Shown here in pieces: positions 27,401 to 41,929 of a DNA stretch of 64,000 bases. The notes beneath the pieces were generated by a model. The model was not told where the DNA came from. It worked only from the letters and a program-made list of their open reading frames with translations, and made no database searches. Position 1 is the first letter of the stretch. Each line of letters begins with the position of its first letter. Origin of the DNA: Mobula hypostoma (Eukaryota); assembly GCF_963921235.1 (NCBI RefSeq), contig NC_086097.1, positions 76,262,001 through 76,326,000 on the forward strand, given 5' to 3'. A program made the translations under genes and the position numbers.

Positions 27401-28839
27401 AAAAAGACAGAAAAACTTGGTTGTCAACATTATCTGCAGTATTACTCTCCATTATCTATCATTTTACCTTGGCTGAAACTTTCAATTGTGTTCATATTGT
27501 TACAGATCAATAAATAAATGTATTTACATTCTTCTTGTGTGTCCTATCCTGTGCAGTTTTACAAAACATTTCCAGCACCACTCCTCTTCTAAATGGATGA
27601 GCAAATAACTAAGTGAAATTATACCTTATCAGGTAAAAGTGGTAACAGAAATAGCCTAACATAATTGTTTAATTTGAATTTGTACCTGCAGGATTGTGAC
27701 CATTTCCCTTTCCTGCTTCCACTCTGCATGGTATCTAAATACTTCCCATTTTAATCTTACCACTAATCATGGGAGTTTGGCATTGGGAAACCACAGGCAT
27801 AAACACAGGTAAAATTTAAAAAGAAATGGAGCAGTCAATCAAGCATTGTTTATTTTTGCTTACTGATCCAAACTGCAAACAGGAATAAATTTAGAATCTT
27901 GCTTGGTTAGTTTTAAAGTGCTGAAGCAGAGAGATCATTCTGAGCACTGTGCTGGCATTGCATTTTCAGATTATTTCTTGGCAACGACTAGTAATAATAA
28001 TTTGCATCAACAAGTGTCAGAGTATTACACAATAATGCAGTAACAAGAGATCAGAGACGATAACAATTAAAGCTTGTTTTAGCTTAAAATATACATAAAT
28101 TGCATTTATTTCCTTTTCAACACGAATCTTTATTTTGGGTATTTGCTTTTATTTGTCAGCTGTTTACTTCATGGTTCTTTAGTCATGAGTTTCCATGACA
28201 CTAATCTATGAGATCTTGCCTTGATCAACACGGTAATTTTTTAAAATCCCACACAAATTTGCAGATGGAATTCAGATGTCTGGCTTTTGTTGCGAATCAA
28301 ATCCACTGGTAAATTCAGTTAGTGAGTGGAAATTACCTTAGTTAGTGCAAACCCAAAATTCAGCATGCTTATTCAACATATGTGGAACTATGCAGTTCAG
28401 GGAATCAAAATGCCTGATTTCAAAGGCATAGTAAAGCTTGAGGTACACTATTTTTGAGGATAACCTGAAGTTCAAAGTGGAAGCACTATGTTATTATAAA
28501 TCTCCATCACCAACTCTGAAAATTACAGCTAAGCTCAGAGACAATGATTAATCAGCTGTCAAAGATTCTTTCTTTATTCTTTTTTTAATGGGTAGGACTT
28601 ATTCTCTCTCACAGCATATACACGCGTGCGCAAACACACATACGCACACACACTCTCACAGTAACTGTGCAAGACATTGGTGTTGAGGTTAAGATGTTGC
28701 GCTATTTCACCTTGCTGGTTCCACTAGACAATGGGCTTGTACTACCAATTTAAACGAAAACTGCAAATACTAAGCCAATATGAAGTACTTGCCTAGAAAT
28801 ATGCAACAATAACAACACTAGCATAACGTATGTGATAGA

Positions 28840-29862
28840 AGAATCAGTAGTTAGGGGATGGACAGGAGATTCTGTGCCTGTGAAAGAGACACTAGGATGG
28901 TGTGTTGCTCCCGGTTGCTAGGGTCCAGGATGTCTCCAAGAGGCTGCAGAAGATTCTCAAGATGGAGGGTGAGCAACCAGAGGTTGTGGTGCACATTGGT
29001 ACCAATGGTATAAGTAAAGAGGGGAAAATGTCCTGCGCAATGAGTATAGGGAGTTAGGAAAAGGGGCTGAAGAACAGGACCTCTAAGGTAGAAATTTCTG
29101 GATTTCTCCCAGTGACACTTGCTAGTCAGGGCAGGAATAGATGTACAGATGAATGAGTAGCTTAGGAATTGGTGCTGAGGGCAGCGTTTCAGGTTCTTGG
29201 TTAATTGGAACCTTTTCTAGGGCAGAGGTGATGTGTACAAGGGGGACAGTTTGCACCTTAGCTGGAGGGGAATCAAAATCCTGGCAGGGAGGTTCGCAGG
29301 TGCTGCTCAGGTGGGTTTAAACGAGTTTGGCAGAGACTGGGAACTAAAGCACCAGGTCAGAAAGTGGAGGGATGGAGAGGAAGGTAGATGTCAGGGCCAG
29401 TAATAACACGCAGGAGCAAAGTTATAGAAACAATGGGATGGATAGTTTGAAGTGTGCATATTTTAAAATGAGGAATATTATGGGTAAAAGTCATGAACGT
29501 AGAGCATGGATCAGTCCATGGAACTATGATGTGTGGCCAGTACAGAGACTTTGTTGAGAGAGGGACAGGAATGGATGCTTAATGTCCCAGGGTTTCAATG
29601 TTTTAGAAAAGATAGAGAGGAAGATAAAAGAGGTGGGGAGGTTGTACTACTGATCAGGGACAATAATGCGCTACAGTGCAAGTGGTGCATGCAAGCTCAA
29701 TTTCGATGTTTAAGAGAAGTTTGGATAGGTACATGGATGGCAGGAGTATGGAGAGCTGTGCTCCAGGTGCAGGTCAATGGGACTAGGCAATTTAAATGGT
29801 TTGGCACGGAACAGAGGCACTGAAGGGTCTGTTTCTGTGTGATCATTTTCTATGACTCTATG
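28840..29862 (+). mobile_element. CR1 ORF1 (SGNH esterase-like) and endonuclease start joined to a CR1 3' end
   Basis: 'RVQDVSKRLQKILKMEGEQPEVVVHIGTN', 'DSLHLSWRG', EN 'WNYDV...ET.L.EGQEWMLNVPGFQCFRKDR...RGG.V.LLI'. Tail ttctatgactctatga at ~29848-29862. Confidence 0.85.
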
Positions 29863-31367
29863 ACCTTAAGACTTTTTTGGGATTCATTCTGAAAACTGCG
29901 TAACATAGCACTCTGATAAAAATACTAAATGTAGATGGAAAATTGTCACCTCAATGAAATCACCTTTAATCAGCTTGAAATTTGCTGGTCTTCCGGAGTG
30001 AAAGAGCTGTCCACCATCAAATGTGGAACTCTATAGTGAAGGACATCCTGAAGCTTGGTACTTTAAAAGGAAAGGCCACTGTTTAAGGAATTATTGTCAT
30101 TGCATATTGAGGATTTGGAACTCACGTAAAGTGAAATGTATATAAAGGTGCAAAAGTCGTGCTGAAGTAAATGGAATGATATAGCATGTAATGAGAATGC
30201 TGAAATATGAATGCACTGTACTGTATATTTTTAAATTTTATAGGGTATATATTTTCAAATAATAAAGGCCCAGATTTTGCAACTAGATGACAGTGCTTTA
30301 CATTAACCCAAAGAAAATGATCTTCTACAATCCAGAAATTATTGTAATGTAGTTTTCTCCTCCTGGTCGACAGGGGCTACCACACAGAATCTGGGGTGTC
30401 AAACAGTAATAGCATTAAGCAAATTAAGCAGCCAATCACACCGTAAAATTTTCAAGACAGTAAACCAATAGATTGAAAGGTCTAAACTTTATGCAAGAGG
30501 CTAATAGAAATATTGGGACATACATGTGAGATTAAGGTGACTGATTTTTTTTATTATAAAGTACTATAAAATAATTTAGTGTCAGAAAGCATGGAATATG
30601 AAAATAATTATTAGAGGGAATAATAACCCATTTACAAAAAGTTATTTTGGAGCCAGCTGCTAAACAACAGTGCTAGCTGAGTATGCCACTCAAACACATC
30701 TTATTCCAGCAAGCATAACATGTTCAATGCTATGCTTACTGAAATTAGTTGAAGTTCTGGTCAGTTCACTGATTGCAACAGAGAAAGCTACAGCAACACA
30801 CTGCAGAAAGAAAGTTTGGATGTCAACAATCAAAACAAAATGCAGTTTACTAAAAATGCTTGCTTACACATATAATGTTGAAACTAATTAGCTTGTAGTT
30901 AAAATTAAAAACATGAACACATCATTAATTTCTGCAATCCCAGCAACCCAGTGATTGAAGCATTTTAAAAAAATGCTATAAAAAGATGTATGAATTCCGC
31001 ATTCTAAGCCTGCCATACTCCTGATGGACCAATTTTAGATTATGCTGGGATTATTAAGCTGTACAGTGGCAACAGATGTTTAGATACCACAATTATACAA
31101 AACAGTGATCCCTGAGCCAAACTGGCCAAAATAAGTTTTCAACTAAGTATAATCAATCATGAACAAAGAATTGTGAAAATTACTGAAGACAGACAAAATC
31201 ATTAGATTAAATATATATCTAACATAGGGGAGAGGGGTGGTAATTATTCATGATAAGTCAGATATGTTTAATGCATGATGTAGTTGGGATTGAATTATTT
31301 TCTGATTCTTAAATTAAGTTCTAACTTTATAATGGAATCAAAATGTGGAAGCATAAGCAATTATATA

Positions 31368-31650
31368 AGTTCAAAATTCAAAGTAAATTTTTATTATCAA
31401 AATACATACATGTCAACACATACAACCCTGCAATTCATTTTCTTGAGGGCATACTCAGCAAATCTATAGAATATTAACTATAACCGGATCAATGAAAGAT
31501 CAACTAGAGTGCAGGAGACAACAAACTGTGCAAATATGAATATAAATAAATGGTATTAAATAATGAGAACATTCTATAGCAAGATAAAGAGTCCTTAAAG
31601 TGAGATCATTGGTTGTGGGAACATCTCAATGGATGGGTAAGTGAGCACTT
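31368..31650 (-). mobile_element. LINE/SINE 3' tail remnant
   Basis: Starts ttcaaaattcaaagtaaatttttattatc, the reverse complement of an AATAAA plus (tttgaa)n tail also seen at 59265. Confidence 0.55.
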
Positions 31651-32407
31651 AGCATATGTGACAGAGGATTAAATACTAGACCTTGATGTTCTGTTGCTCT
31701 CCATTGGTAATAAACATGAAAAGCTCTTTAAGTACAGATTGCCACATTTCTTTCTCTTGAAAGAAACCAGCTTAAATTTGCAATAATTATTGGACTTCAA
31801 TTAACAACAAGATTAACAATAATTTTTAAATTTAGGGAAAAGTTGATTCATAGATTGAAATGAAAAATTAGGGGAAAAACACCAAAAGAAACATAGATGT
31901 TAGCAGTATGCACAAGGACTGAAATTCAGACTAGACACAGTCATGCCAAACCTTCAATTTTAATACTGTAATTTCAATTTCTGGATTGAATTCAAAGTAT
32001 ATAGATTGGCATAAAAATACAGACAACATGAAGAGCATGAAGTGTTCATTGTTTCCACATAGGCGTTAGCACTAGGTAATAACCAATTCCTTAGTGCACA
32101 AGATAATAAATGACTCTCACTGATTAAATAAACATCAGCCATCAAAATTAATTATTTATTAGCATGTACAAGCTATATTTGGCTAAATAAAGTTATTCCT
32201 GAATTTATTAATGGATCAAATTGCTGATTCAAGTTTTACAAAGAAGCACGAAAATAACAATGTTATAATTGGAGCAGCCAACAGAAAGTCAGCCTCTAGT
32301 GGAATACTTTGCATTATAATCTGTACTTGTACAAAGTACCGTAACGCAACTTCAATTATGCTTGGATTTCACTAAAGTATAGAAAGGTTTCCATAGTTTA
32401 CTTACGA

Positions 32408-33390
32408 AGTCACAGAGCAATATAGCATGGAATCAGGCCCTTCAGACCGACTCATTCATGTTGACCATGGTGCCCACCAGGCTAGTCCCATTTGCTCCAT
32501 ATCCCTCTAAATCCCTCCTATCTCTGTAGTTATCCAAATGTCTTCTAAATCTTATTATTGTACCTGCCTCAATCATATCCTTTGAGAGCTCACTCCGTAT
32601 GCACCACCCTCTGTGTAAAGAAGTTACCTCTCAGGTTATTTTTAAATTGTTCACCTCTCATCTTAAACCTGTACCCTCCAGTTTTTAGCTCCCCTTCACT
32701 GGGGAAAAAAAGACTGTGTCCATTCAGCCTATCTAAACCCTTCATGATTTTTATACACCTCTATAATGTCACCCTTTGATCTCCAATGTTCCAAGGAATA
32801 AATTCAAAGTCATTTGATATCAACAAGTCCATGAGTGCACAGGTGCAATGAAAAACTAATTTATAGCAGCGACCACTCCCTATAACTCAAGCCCTTGAGA
32901 CCTGGCAGCACCCTTATTAATCTTCGCAGCACTCTTTCCAGCTTAATTATGTCTTTCTTATAACAATACTCCAAGATTCTTTTCACCGATGTCTTGTATA
33001 ACTGGAACATGGCATCCTGACTCTTATAAGTAATGTGCCCTGACGGAATAAGGGCAGTGTCAAACACTTTCGTTACCAGCTTGTCTTCTTGTGACACTGC
33101 TTTCAGCGAACCACTGTTTGCACATGTACTCCTAGGTCTCTTCGTTACATAATACTCCTAACCATTCACTGTGCAACGTTCTACCCAAACCTGACTTCAC
33201 AAAATGCAAAACTTTACTCTTATCCAAAGTGTAAGCCATTTGCCAATTTTTGGTCCACTTACCTTGCTGATCAAGATCTCCCTGAAATTTTTGATAACAG
33301 TTATCACTATGATACATGTATTTTAGAATCATTTGCAAACTTACCAACCATGCCTTGTACTTTCTCATCCAAACTGTTTGCATAAATAAT
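32408..33390 (-). mobile_element. CR1 3' fragment
   Basis: ORFs 32861..33097 'FQLYKTSVKRILEYC..LERVLRRL' and 33132..33383 'LGKW..NWQM'-like; CR1 tail at 32408. Confidence 0.85.
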
Positions 33391-33399
33391 GGAACACCA

Positions 33400-34565
33400 C
33401 AGCACTGACATTCCAGGATGGAAAGCCTTATCCTGAGAAAAGACGCAGTGAAAGGATGGGAACTGAAAACCCTTCCTTTCTCAAAGAAGGGGTTTCTCTT
33501 CCACCACTGCCAATACTGCCCTCACTTGGATTTCTTCCATTTCCCACTTATCTGCCCTCAGTTCATCCTCTCACCACAATAGAGATAGGGTTCCCTTTGT
33601 CATTACCTACCACCCCATGAACCCATGTTTTCAACCCTGTATCTTCCAATATCCACAATCTGATCTTTCCCTCCCCCCACTCACTGCTTTCCATAGGGAT
33701 TGCTCTCCATGTGACTCACTTGTCTATTTGTCCTTCTCTGCTTATCTCCCTCCTGGTACTTATCCCTGCAAGCCAGACAGTGCTACTCCTGCTCTTACAT
33801 CTCCTCCCTCACCGCCAGTCAGGGCCCCAAACAACTCTTTCAGGTGAGGCAACATTTTAGCTGTGAGTCTATCAGGGTCATTTACTAGATCCGGTGCTCC
33901 CGGTACAGCCAACTCTATATTAGTGGTGCCCAACTGGAGGAATGCTTTGTCGAGTACCTTTGTTCTGTATGTCACAAAAGATGGGTTTTTCCGGTGGTCA
34001 CCTATTCCTATTCCCATTCCCATTCTCGTGCGTCAAGCTGCGGCCTCCCTGACTGCCGCGATGAGGCCACACTCTGGCTAGAGGAGCAACACCTCATATT
34101 TTGACTGTGCAGTCTCCAATCTGATGGCATGAACATTGATTCCTCATACTTCTGGTAATCTCTGCCCACTCCCCCTTCTCTATTTTTCCATTCCCCATTC
34201 TGGATCCCCTCTCAGCACGGATCTCCTCCTCACCTGCTCATTACCTCCCTCTGGTCCACTCTCATCAGATTCCTTTGCCATCTGCCCTTTACCTCTTCCT
34301 CCTATCACATCCTGGCTTTGTACTTCACCCCCCCACACCCCATTTACCTTCCTTCCCCCTCACCTGGCTTCACCTATCCAGCTTGCACTCCTTCCCCTCC
34401 TTCTAATTCTGCCTTCTGGCTCCTTCCTTTCCAGTCCTGATGAAGGGCTCTGTCCAAAACTTCAATTGTTTACTCCTTTCCATAAATGCTGTCTGACTTG
34501 CTGAGTCCCTCAGGCATTTTGTGTGTGTTACTCAAGTGTTCTGGCATCTGCAGAAGTTCCTGTGT
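33400..34565 (+). mobile_element. Penelope-like element (RT C-terminus, GIY-YIG, pLTR with hammerhead at 34432-34468)
   Basis: 'DRVPFVITYHP', 'FQVRQHFSCESIRVIY.IRCSR...LYI', 'LEEQHLIF'; CAGTC-CTGATGA-AGGGCTCTGTCC-AAAA-CTTC-AATTG. Confidence 0.85.
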
Positions 34566-35329
34566 TTAGGTTTATGTCATGTTTGTCATTGATCGGGATA
34601 CTGAGTGTAAGATTATGGAAGTCATGTTGCAGCTATAGAAAACGTATAACTTTCCTGCCTGTGCCCAACATCCCCCGACCCTGTCCCATCTTCATGTCGC
34701 TGAGTAAAAGGAATGTTAGCTCATCACATATTAAGCTGAGGCAAATATTTAGAGAGGCAGATTCTGGAATAGCTTAATTTTCTTCCAGCTCAGAACTGCG
34801 AAGGAAAAAAAACATTATCATTAAACTCCATGCTGCCGATACTATTCTATTCTATTGCCCAGCCTGGTCATTCTCTCAGATTCAATCTGACTATTCATGC
34901 TGTTGGTCATTTGATCTCATCCTATGCCTTAACCATATAACTTATCCTTCAGCAACTGCCCATTTTGTCATTCAGAACATCTCTGCTGGAGTAGTTACCT
35001 ACTTTGCTTGTTAAACTTAAAATCCTTCTCTTAAATCCTCATTGACTTTATTCCACCCAATCTTTTTAAGGTTCTTTCATCAAATACCTTTTCTGAATGC
35101 TCTTCCCCTTGAATTCTGACACTCTATTCATTCACTTCTATTTGCCCTGTCATCGTAATAGACTTGAACTCCATTCGGTTTGCTTCTCTGGAGTTCTATC
35201 CTGAAATCATTGTATGTTTATGGATTCTCACAAAATCCGTCTTTGAACCATATCTCCCCATTTAATTTCTTAATGTGCTTTGCCCTTCCACAGTTTTCAA
35301 AATGCCTTTCTGGATTGGCATACTGGGGA

Positions 35330-36115
35330 AGACCCCTGAAATTTGACATTAATGGAATTATGAACAGTGTAGAGGCAATCAATGGATACAGTAGGATATA
35401 GGGTAGATCAGTTACAGAATTGGTGGAGAAATACAAGGAAGTGTGAAGTGATACACTTTAGGAGGTCAAATACAAGGGGAAAGTATACATTTAATCGCAG
35501 GACCCTTAACAGCATTAAGGCTCCTGTGACTCAAGTTCATATCTCACTGAAAGGAGGGAGGGGGGTAAAGATGGATTATGGCACATTTGGCTTCCTTGAT
35601 CGGGACATTAAGTACAAGAGTGAGAAAATCATGTTGCAGCTATATAAAACTTCTGTAGGCCGCACTTGAAGTATTGTATGTAATTCTGAGTGCCTCATCA
35701 TTGGAGGATTTGAAGAAGAGGTTTACTAAGATGCTGCCTGGATTAGCAGGTATGTGCAATAAAGAGACGCTAGATAAACCTAGGTTGTTTTCTCTGAAGT
35801 ATCAGAAGCTGAGGGGAAACCTGAAACGAGTTTATAAGATTATGAAAGGTATTGATAGGGCAGACAGTCAGAATACTTTCCCCAGGGTAGAAGATATGAA
35901 TTTAAGATGAGCAGAGAAAATTCAAGTGAGTAGCAAGTTTTTTTTTACACAGAGAGTACTTTCAACAAGCTGCCAGGTTAAGAGGCCTTTAGATGAATGT
36001 GCAAGGAATGGTGGGGTATGGATCATGAAAAGATTTAGTTAATTTAGCACTATTTTCAGTGCAGTCATTGTGAGCCGAAGGGCCTGTTCCTGTGTTATGC
36101 TGTTTTATGTTCTAT
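35330..36115 (+). mobile_element. CR1 3' fragment
   Basis: 'KCEVIHFRRSN', 'IMLQLYKT', 'KRFTKMLPGL..LRGNL..VYKIMKGIDR'. Tail ttttatgttctat. Confidence 0.85.
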
Positions 36116-37011
36116 TCATTTGTACTACAACAAGCCACTGAGATAGCTAATGTCAACTTTTTGCATTTCCAGAGGGTGATCTAGTAGTACCAATGTACAT
36201 CCCGGTTATTAAGTTTTGTCAGCTGATCTTCATGTTAGTGCCCCAGGTTTGCTGGTTAGTATCTTTTGGAAGCAGGTTTTGTTCACTGGCAGCATCACTG
36301 AGCTATTCTGTGTGTTGCTGATGCTCAGAATACTCAAGAACACTCAAAATACTAAGACTGTGGTTCCAATTGCTGATGGTCACTGATCATAAAACATTTA
36401 GCTGAATTTTGAAAGATAGAATAAAAGTAAAAAGCATAGACGTTAGGCTGCTCCAGACAATATGCTGTACAGTAAATGAAAACCAATTTGGAATTTCAGC
36501 TACAGAGACACAAATGCCATATTTATGAATTATGTGTTTAGCTGGATAATGATTACTTTCCATAGGCCTCTTGATCTGGTAACTAGTGTAGACCCGCCAG
36601 CTGGAGCAGATTATTTTGTGTTTAACAGTTTGTCTAAACATAATAATTGTAAAAAGATATTTTTCGAAACAAAAAAAATCTTCATAATAGTTCTGTTCAA
36701 CATACATTCCTTCTTTCATTACCATCATGCCAAACATGTCAGGAGTTAAATTGGTGCATTAAGGCCCTTTTTATTGAAGTGCAACAGGGTCAAGTGAAAC
36801 TGAAAAAGGGGGTCTGAGAAACATCTGCACATTTTCAATGGGAAGAATCTAGGTTTATGTATTGTAAGCTGGTGTTGCAATGCATGCAGTATGCAATGCA
36901 CTAAAATAATCTTGTGATTTAATATGCATAGTTGATTTGAATCTGTCTCTACTATTTTACAAATTAACATTCCAGTAATTGTTGTGTTAATAATGCAGAG
37001 CTGAACATGTA

Positions 37012-37895
37012 TACCTGTTTACCTCAGACTTTAGATATAACACTGAATCATGTCATCGGCAGAAACTTTCTGACGACTTAGCAAAAGTTGGGTATATAAA
37101 GGGAGGTCAAAAGGATGCATACAGGGTCCCAGTGGAGAAATTTGTTGGATGGTGCAGGCTGAATCATCTGCAGCTATACATCAGTAAGACAAAGGATATG
37201 GTGACAGACTTTAGGAAGACCAAACCTGCACCGCTCCCTATTACTACTGATGGTGAGGACGTGGATGTGGTGAGGACCTACAGGTACCTGGGTTGTACCT
37301 GGATGACAGACTTGACTGGAGCACCAACACAAAGGCTGTGTACAAGAAGGGCCAGAGTCGCCTCTACTTCCTGAAGAGACTGAGGTCCTTTGAAGTATGC
37401 AGGCCTCTCCTTCACATGTTCTACCAATCTATTGTCCACCAGTACAATCTTCTATGTAGTGGAGTGCTGGGGCAATGGCATCAACACGGATGATGACAAC
37501 AGGCTCAATGATTAGAAAGCTGGCTCTGTTATAAGAATCAAACTGGACACACTGGAAGCGATGCTAGAACAAAGGACCCTCTGGAAAATCCTGGCAATTC
37601 AGGACAATGTTTCTCACCCTCTGCATACCACCTTGGCTGAACAGAGGAGCACTTTAGTAGTAGACTAAGACAACTGTGCTGCTCCAAAGAGTACCGTATG
37701 AGGTCATTCTTACTTTTGGCTATTAGGCTCCATTATGAGTCAACCTACAGCCGGGGAAGTGATGACCCTCTCCTGTTAGAGGTAACTTATTTTTTATTCT
37801 TTCTTACTTTTCTAACATTTGTATATCTGTGCACATGTAATGCTACTGTGGCACTGTAATTTCCTTTGGGGTCAATAAAGTATCTATCTATCTAT
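37012..37895 (+). mobile_element. Older Rex1/Babar LINE 3' fragment related to 20330-23295
   Basis: 'ESCHRQKLSDD', 'LDDRLDWSTNTKAVYKKGQSRLYFLKRLRSF'. Tail aataaag(tatc)n. Confidence 0.9.
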
Positions 37896-38189
37896 GTAAA
37901 TTGGAATGATGTGACCGTATCAATTCACGGGATCTTAACAATTTTATAGGAGAGTGACAGGATCTTTCTGGCAACTGCAGATATTTTTGGAAGGCTTCTA
38001 TGCTGGAAAAAATGCACAAAAATGGACCTTGATTAATCAAATTTCCAGATCCATTTTCATGGATTTATGATTTACTATGTTATTTTTTATTTATTTTCTT
38101 TGAAGATACGTAGGTTGAACTTGGGCTTCAAGTTTAAGCAATAGTTCAGAGGAATTGTAGAAGGTGTTCAGAAGAATTCAGAAGGTGTT

Positions 38190-40780
38190 GTCTTTGCATG
38201 CAACCAGTATACTGAATAAGGTAGATGAATTTGTAGCACACTTACAGATTGCCCTGTAAGATGTTGTGGGCATCACTGAATCAAGGCTGAAAGAAGATTA
38301 TAGCTGGGGCCTTAATGTCCAAGGATACACATTGTGTAAAAAGGACAGGAATGCAGAGATGGTGGGGTGGCTCTGTTAGCAAACAAAATGAAATCAAATT
38401 ATTAAAAAGAGGTGACATAGGATTGGAAGGTATAGGATCAATGTGGGTCGAGTGAAGAAGCTGCAAAGGTAAAAAGATCCCGATGTGAGTTAAATACAGA
38501 CTTCCAAATGGTAGCAGAGATGTGGTTTACAATTTACAATGGGAGATAGAAAATACATATCAAAAGCACTATGTTATGATAGTCATGGGGGATTTCAACA
38601 TGCAGGTCGTTTGGGAAAGTCAGGTCGGTGCTGAATCCCAAGAGGAGAAATTTGTGGAATGCCTAAGAGACGGCTTTTTAGAACAGCCTGTGCATCAGCC
38701 CATTAGGGGATCAGCTATTCTGGATTGGCTGTTGTGCAATGAATTGATTTGAGAGCTTAAGGTAAAAGAAACCTTAGGAGATAGTGATCGTAGTATGATA
38801 GAATTCACCCTGCAGTTGGGACAGAGAACTAAAGTCAGATGAATCAGTATTACAGTGGAGTAAAGGGAATTACAGAGGCATGAGAGAGAACCTGGCCAAA
38901 ATTGATTTGAAGGGAATACTAGCAGGGATGATGGTAGAGCAGCAACGGTTGGAGCTTTTGGATGCAATTCGGAAAGTGTAGGATAATTACATCCCAAAGA
39001 AGAAGAAGTTTTCTAAAGGCCAGATGACACAACCATGGCTGACAAGAGAAGTCAAAGCCAACAGAAAAGCTAAAAAGATGGAGTTGTTTATTAAGGATGG
39101 GATTTCACGATACTTGGAGCACATGACAAAATAGGTCAAAGTAAATATGGGTTCCTTAAGGGAAAATCTTGCTTGATAAATCTGTTGGAATTCTTTGAAG
39201 AAGTAACAAACAGGATAGACAAAGGAGAGTCAAGATGCCACACATGAGGCTACTTAACACGCCAACAAGGATTACAGGAAAGATACTAGCATGGATAGAG
39301 CATTGGCTGATTGACAGGAGAAAAAGGGTGGGAATAAAGGGAGATTTTTCTGGTTGGCTGCTGGTGACTAGTGGTGTTCCACAGGGGTCTGTGTTGGGAC
39401 CACTTCTTTTTACATTACTTGTCAGTTAGTTGTATGAAGGAATTGATGGCTTTGTGGCCAAGCTTACAGATGATACAAAGATAGGTGGAGAGGCAGGTGG
39501 TATTGAGGAAGCAGAGAGGCTACAGAAGGATTTAAACCGATTAGGAGAATGGGCAAAGAAGTGGCAGACAGAATATAGTGTCAGTAATTGTATGGTCATG
39601 CACTTTGGTAGAAGAAATAAAAGTATATACTATTTTCTAAATAGAGAGAAAATTCAAAAATTTGAGGTGCAAAGGGAGTCCTCATGCAGGATTCCCTAAA
39701 AGTTAATTTGCATGTTGAGTCAATGGTGAGGAAGGCAAGCACAATTCATTTTGAGAGAATTAGAATATAAAAGCAAGGATGTAATCTTAAAGCTTCGCAA
39801 GGCACTGGTGAGGCCTCACCTGGAGTACTGTGAACAGTTTTGGGGAAGAAAGGATGTGCTGACATTGGATAGCATTCAAAGGAGATTCATGAAAATCATT
39901 CTCGGTTTGAGAGAGAGACAGAGAGATAGAGACACAGATGGAGACAAAGACAGAGACAGACTTAGAGATACAGTTAAAGAGTTAGAGTGAGATAGAGAGA
40001 GAGAGTTTGAGATGCTGATCTGTTGGGATGCACAATTGTTCTTTGATGGAACTAGATCATGGTCTCTGGGGAGCTTTGCTATTGCTTACATGGTGGTTGG
40101 TGGGGGTTAATGCTTTTGCTGAAGCAAGTAGGGGGAGGGAGGGTTAATGCTTGCTGCTGCTTGTGTGTGGGAAGGGGATGGGGAGCTTTGTGTTTCTAAC
40201 ATTTTCTGTCACTTATCCTTTGGGGTTTTTCTTCTGTTTCATGGATTGTCTGTGAAGAGTAAGGATTTTAACTTGTATACTATAAACATTCTCTGATATT
40301 GAATTGAACCATTGAAGCACTGAAAGGTTTATTGTGAAAAGCATTTGATGGCTCTAGTCCTGTACTTACTGGAATTCAGAAGAATAAGGGGGGATCTCAT
40401 TGAAACGTATAAAATGTTAAAAGACCTCAATAGAATTGATGTGGAGATCATGTTTCCTCTGGTGGGGGAGTCTAAGACCAGAGGACACAGCTTCAGAATA
40501 CAGCGATGTCCATTTACAATGGAGATGAGGGTGAATTGCTTTAGCCAGAGCGTGGTGAATCTGTGGAATTCATTGCTGCAGGCAGCTGTGGAGGTCAAAT
40601 CATTGGGTATATTTAAGGCAGAGGCTGACAGTTTCTTGATTAGTCAGTGTATGAAGGAATATGGGGAGAAGGCAGGAGATTGGGGCTGAGAGGGAAATAT
40701 ACCAGTCATGATGAATGGCAGAGAAGACCTGATGGGCCGAATGTCCTAATTCTGCTCCTATATCTTACTGTCTTATGGTT
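38190..40780 (+). mobile_element. CR1 LINE (EN, RT and 3' UTR) with an internal deletion and a nested insertion
   Basis: EN 'IVMGDFN', 'AILDWLLCNE', 'SDR'; RT 'VTSGVPQGSVLGPLLF', 'TDDTKIGG', 'VRPHLEYC'; C-terminal 'FSQSVVNLWNSL'; tail tcttatgg. Deletion near 39080. Confidence 0.9.
39908..40320 (+). mobile_element. GA-rich tract plus non-coding retroelement tail inserted in the CR1
   Basis: CR1 reading breaks at 'ILGL' (39908) and resumes at ~40321. The insert ends attgaattgaaccattgaa. Confidence 0.6.
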
Positions 40781-41929
40781 TAAAACATGTTAACCTGAAT
40801 TTCCTCCATCCGTTGTTCCTATGATCTTTCATATATACTGTATCTCAGAAAATATTACATAATTGTGCATTCATCACTCACACTGTAAATATTAAAAATA
40901 TAACTTATAATCTTTTTGTCTTTCTAATGTTGGTGGTCTGTAGAGATGATGATATTTGTATTAGCATATCTTGTAATTCACTGATCTTTTTCATGTGAAT
41001 TAGATCTCACTGAAGTTTAAAGGCCTGCTTTTAAAATCAATTGAATCAGTTAAGTACATATAATTTATATATTATCGTGCAAAATGTCTATGTGATATTG
41101 TACCTATTTATGAACAATATTTATACTTTGTCATTTGGTACCTAGGAAAGCTACAGCCCACTTGCTACCTAACAGCAGGTAACATTTTCAATATGTGAAG
41201 GAAGATGATTGTGTATTTGCCCATCACAGGACAGATACATGGTTGCAGGCACAAAATCTGTGATGCAGTAGTAAATGCTGCCTGTATTTTATTTCTGAAA
41301 GTTGTTTTCAATGAAGTCAATAGGGAGTGGAACTGAATACACAAACATTATTATTAACGTATGCATTTAAAAACAAATTTCTATTAAGCAGATTTAAAGA
41401 GTTATATTAGTTAAATACCAGAAGGATCCTAAGCCAAGAATGTCAGCAAAACACCAGTGACTGGTACTCTGGGCAAATACATTAGAATTAGTTTTCTGAA
41501 GCTTCTTGGCCAACAGATGTGATGGCCATTAGATCTGGTTTTGTCATTTTGCCATCTGTATTTGAAGTGCTAACACAGTTACTGATTTTATGAGTCTCGA
41601 AAATATTTTTTTAAGTTTGCCATTGCTTTATCAGCACTTTCATAACTGGGGAAATCAGAATTATTTCATTGTCAAGGTGATTAATCAGAATCGGAATCAG
41701 GTTTAATATCACTGGACAGTATATGATCCAGTAAAGACTATAGAACCAGACAATATACTGTTTGTAGTGTATTCCAGAATTAGTGCCTCTGACTAAACAA
41801 TTCCACTACATCTACAATATGGCATCCAGCTAACAATGCAGCTACGTTACATCCTCAAGAGTGATCAGAAATCCCATCCAGCTACTAAACATTTTAAGAA
41901 CGTAGTCAATCATCTGTAAAGTGGTGGAA

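Noticed and set aside
32288..32305. CTCF-like motif (ccactagaggctg on the minus strand)
   Set aside because: Imperfect single match; cannot be supported without ChIP or conservation data.
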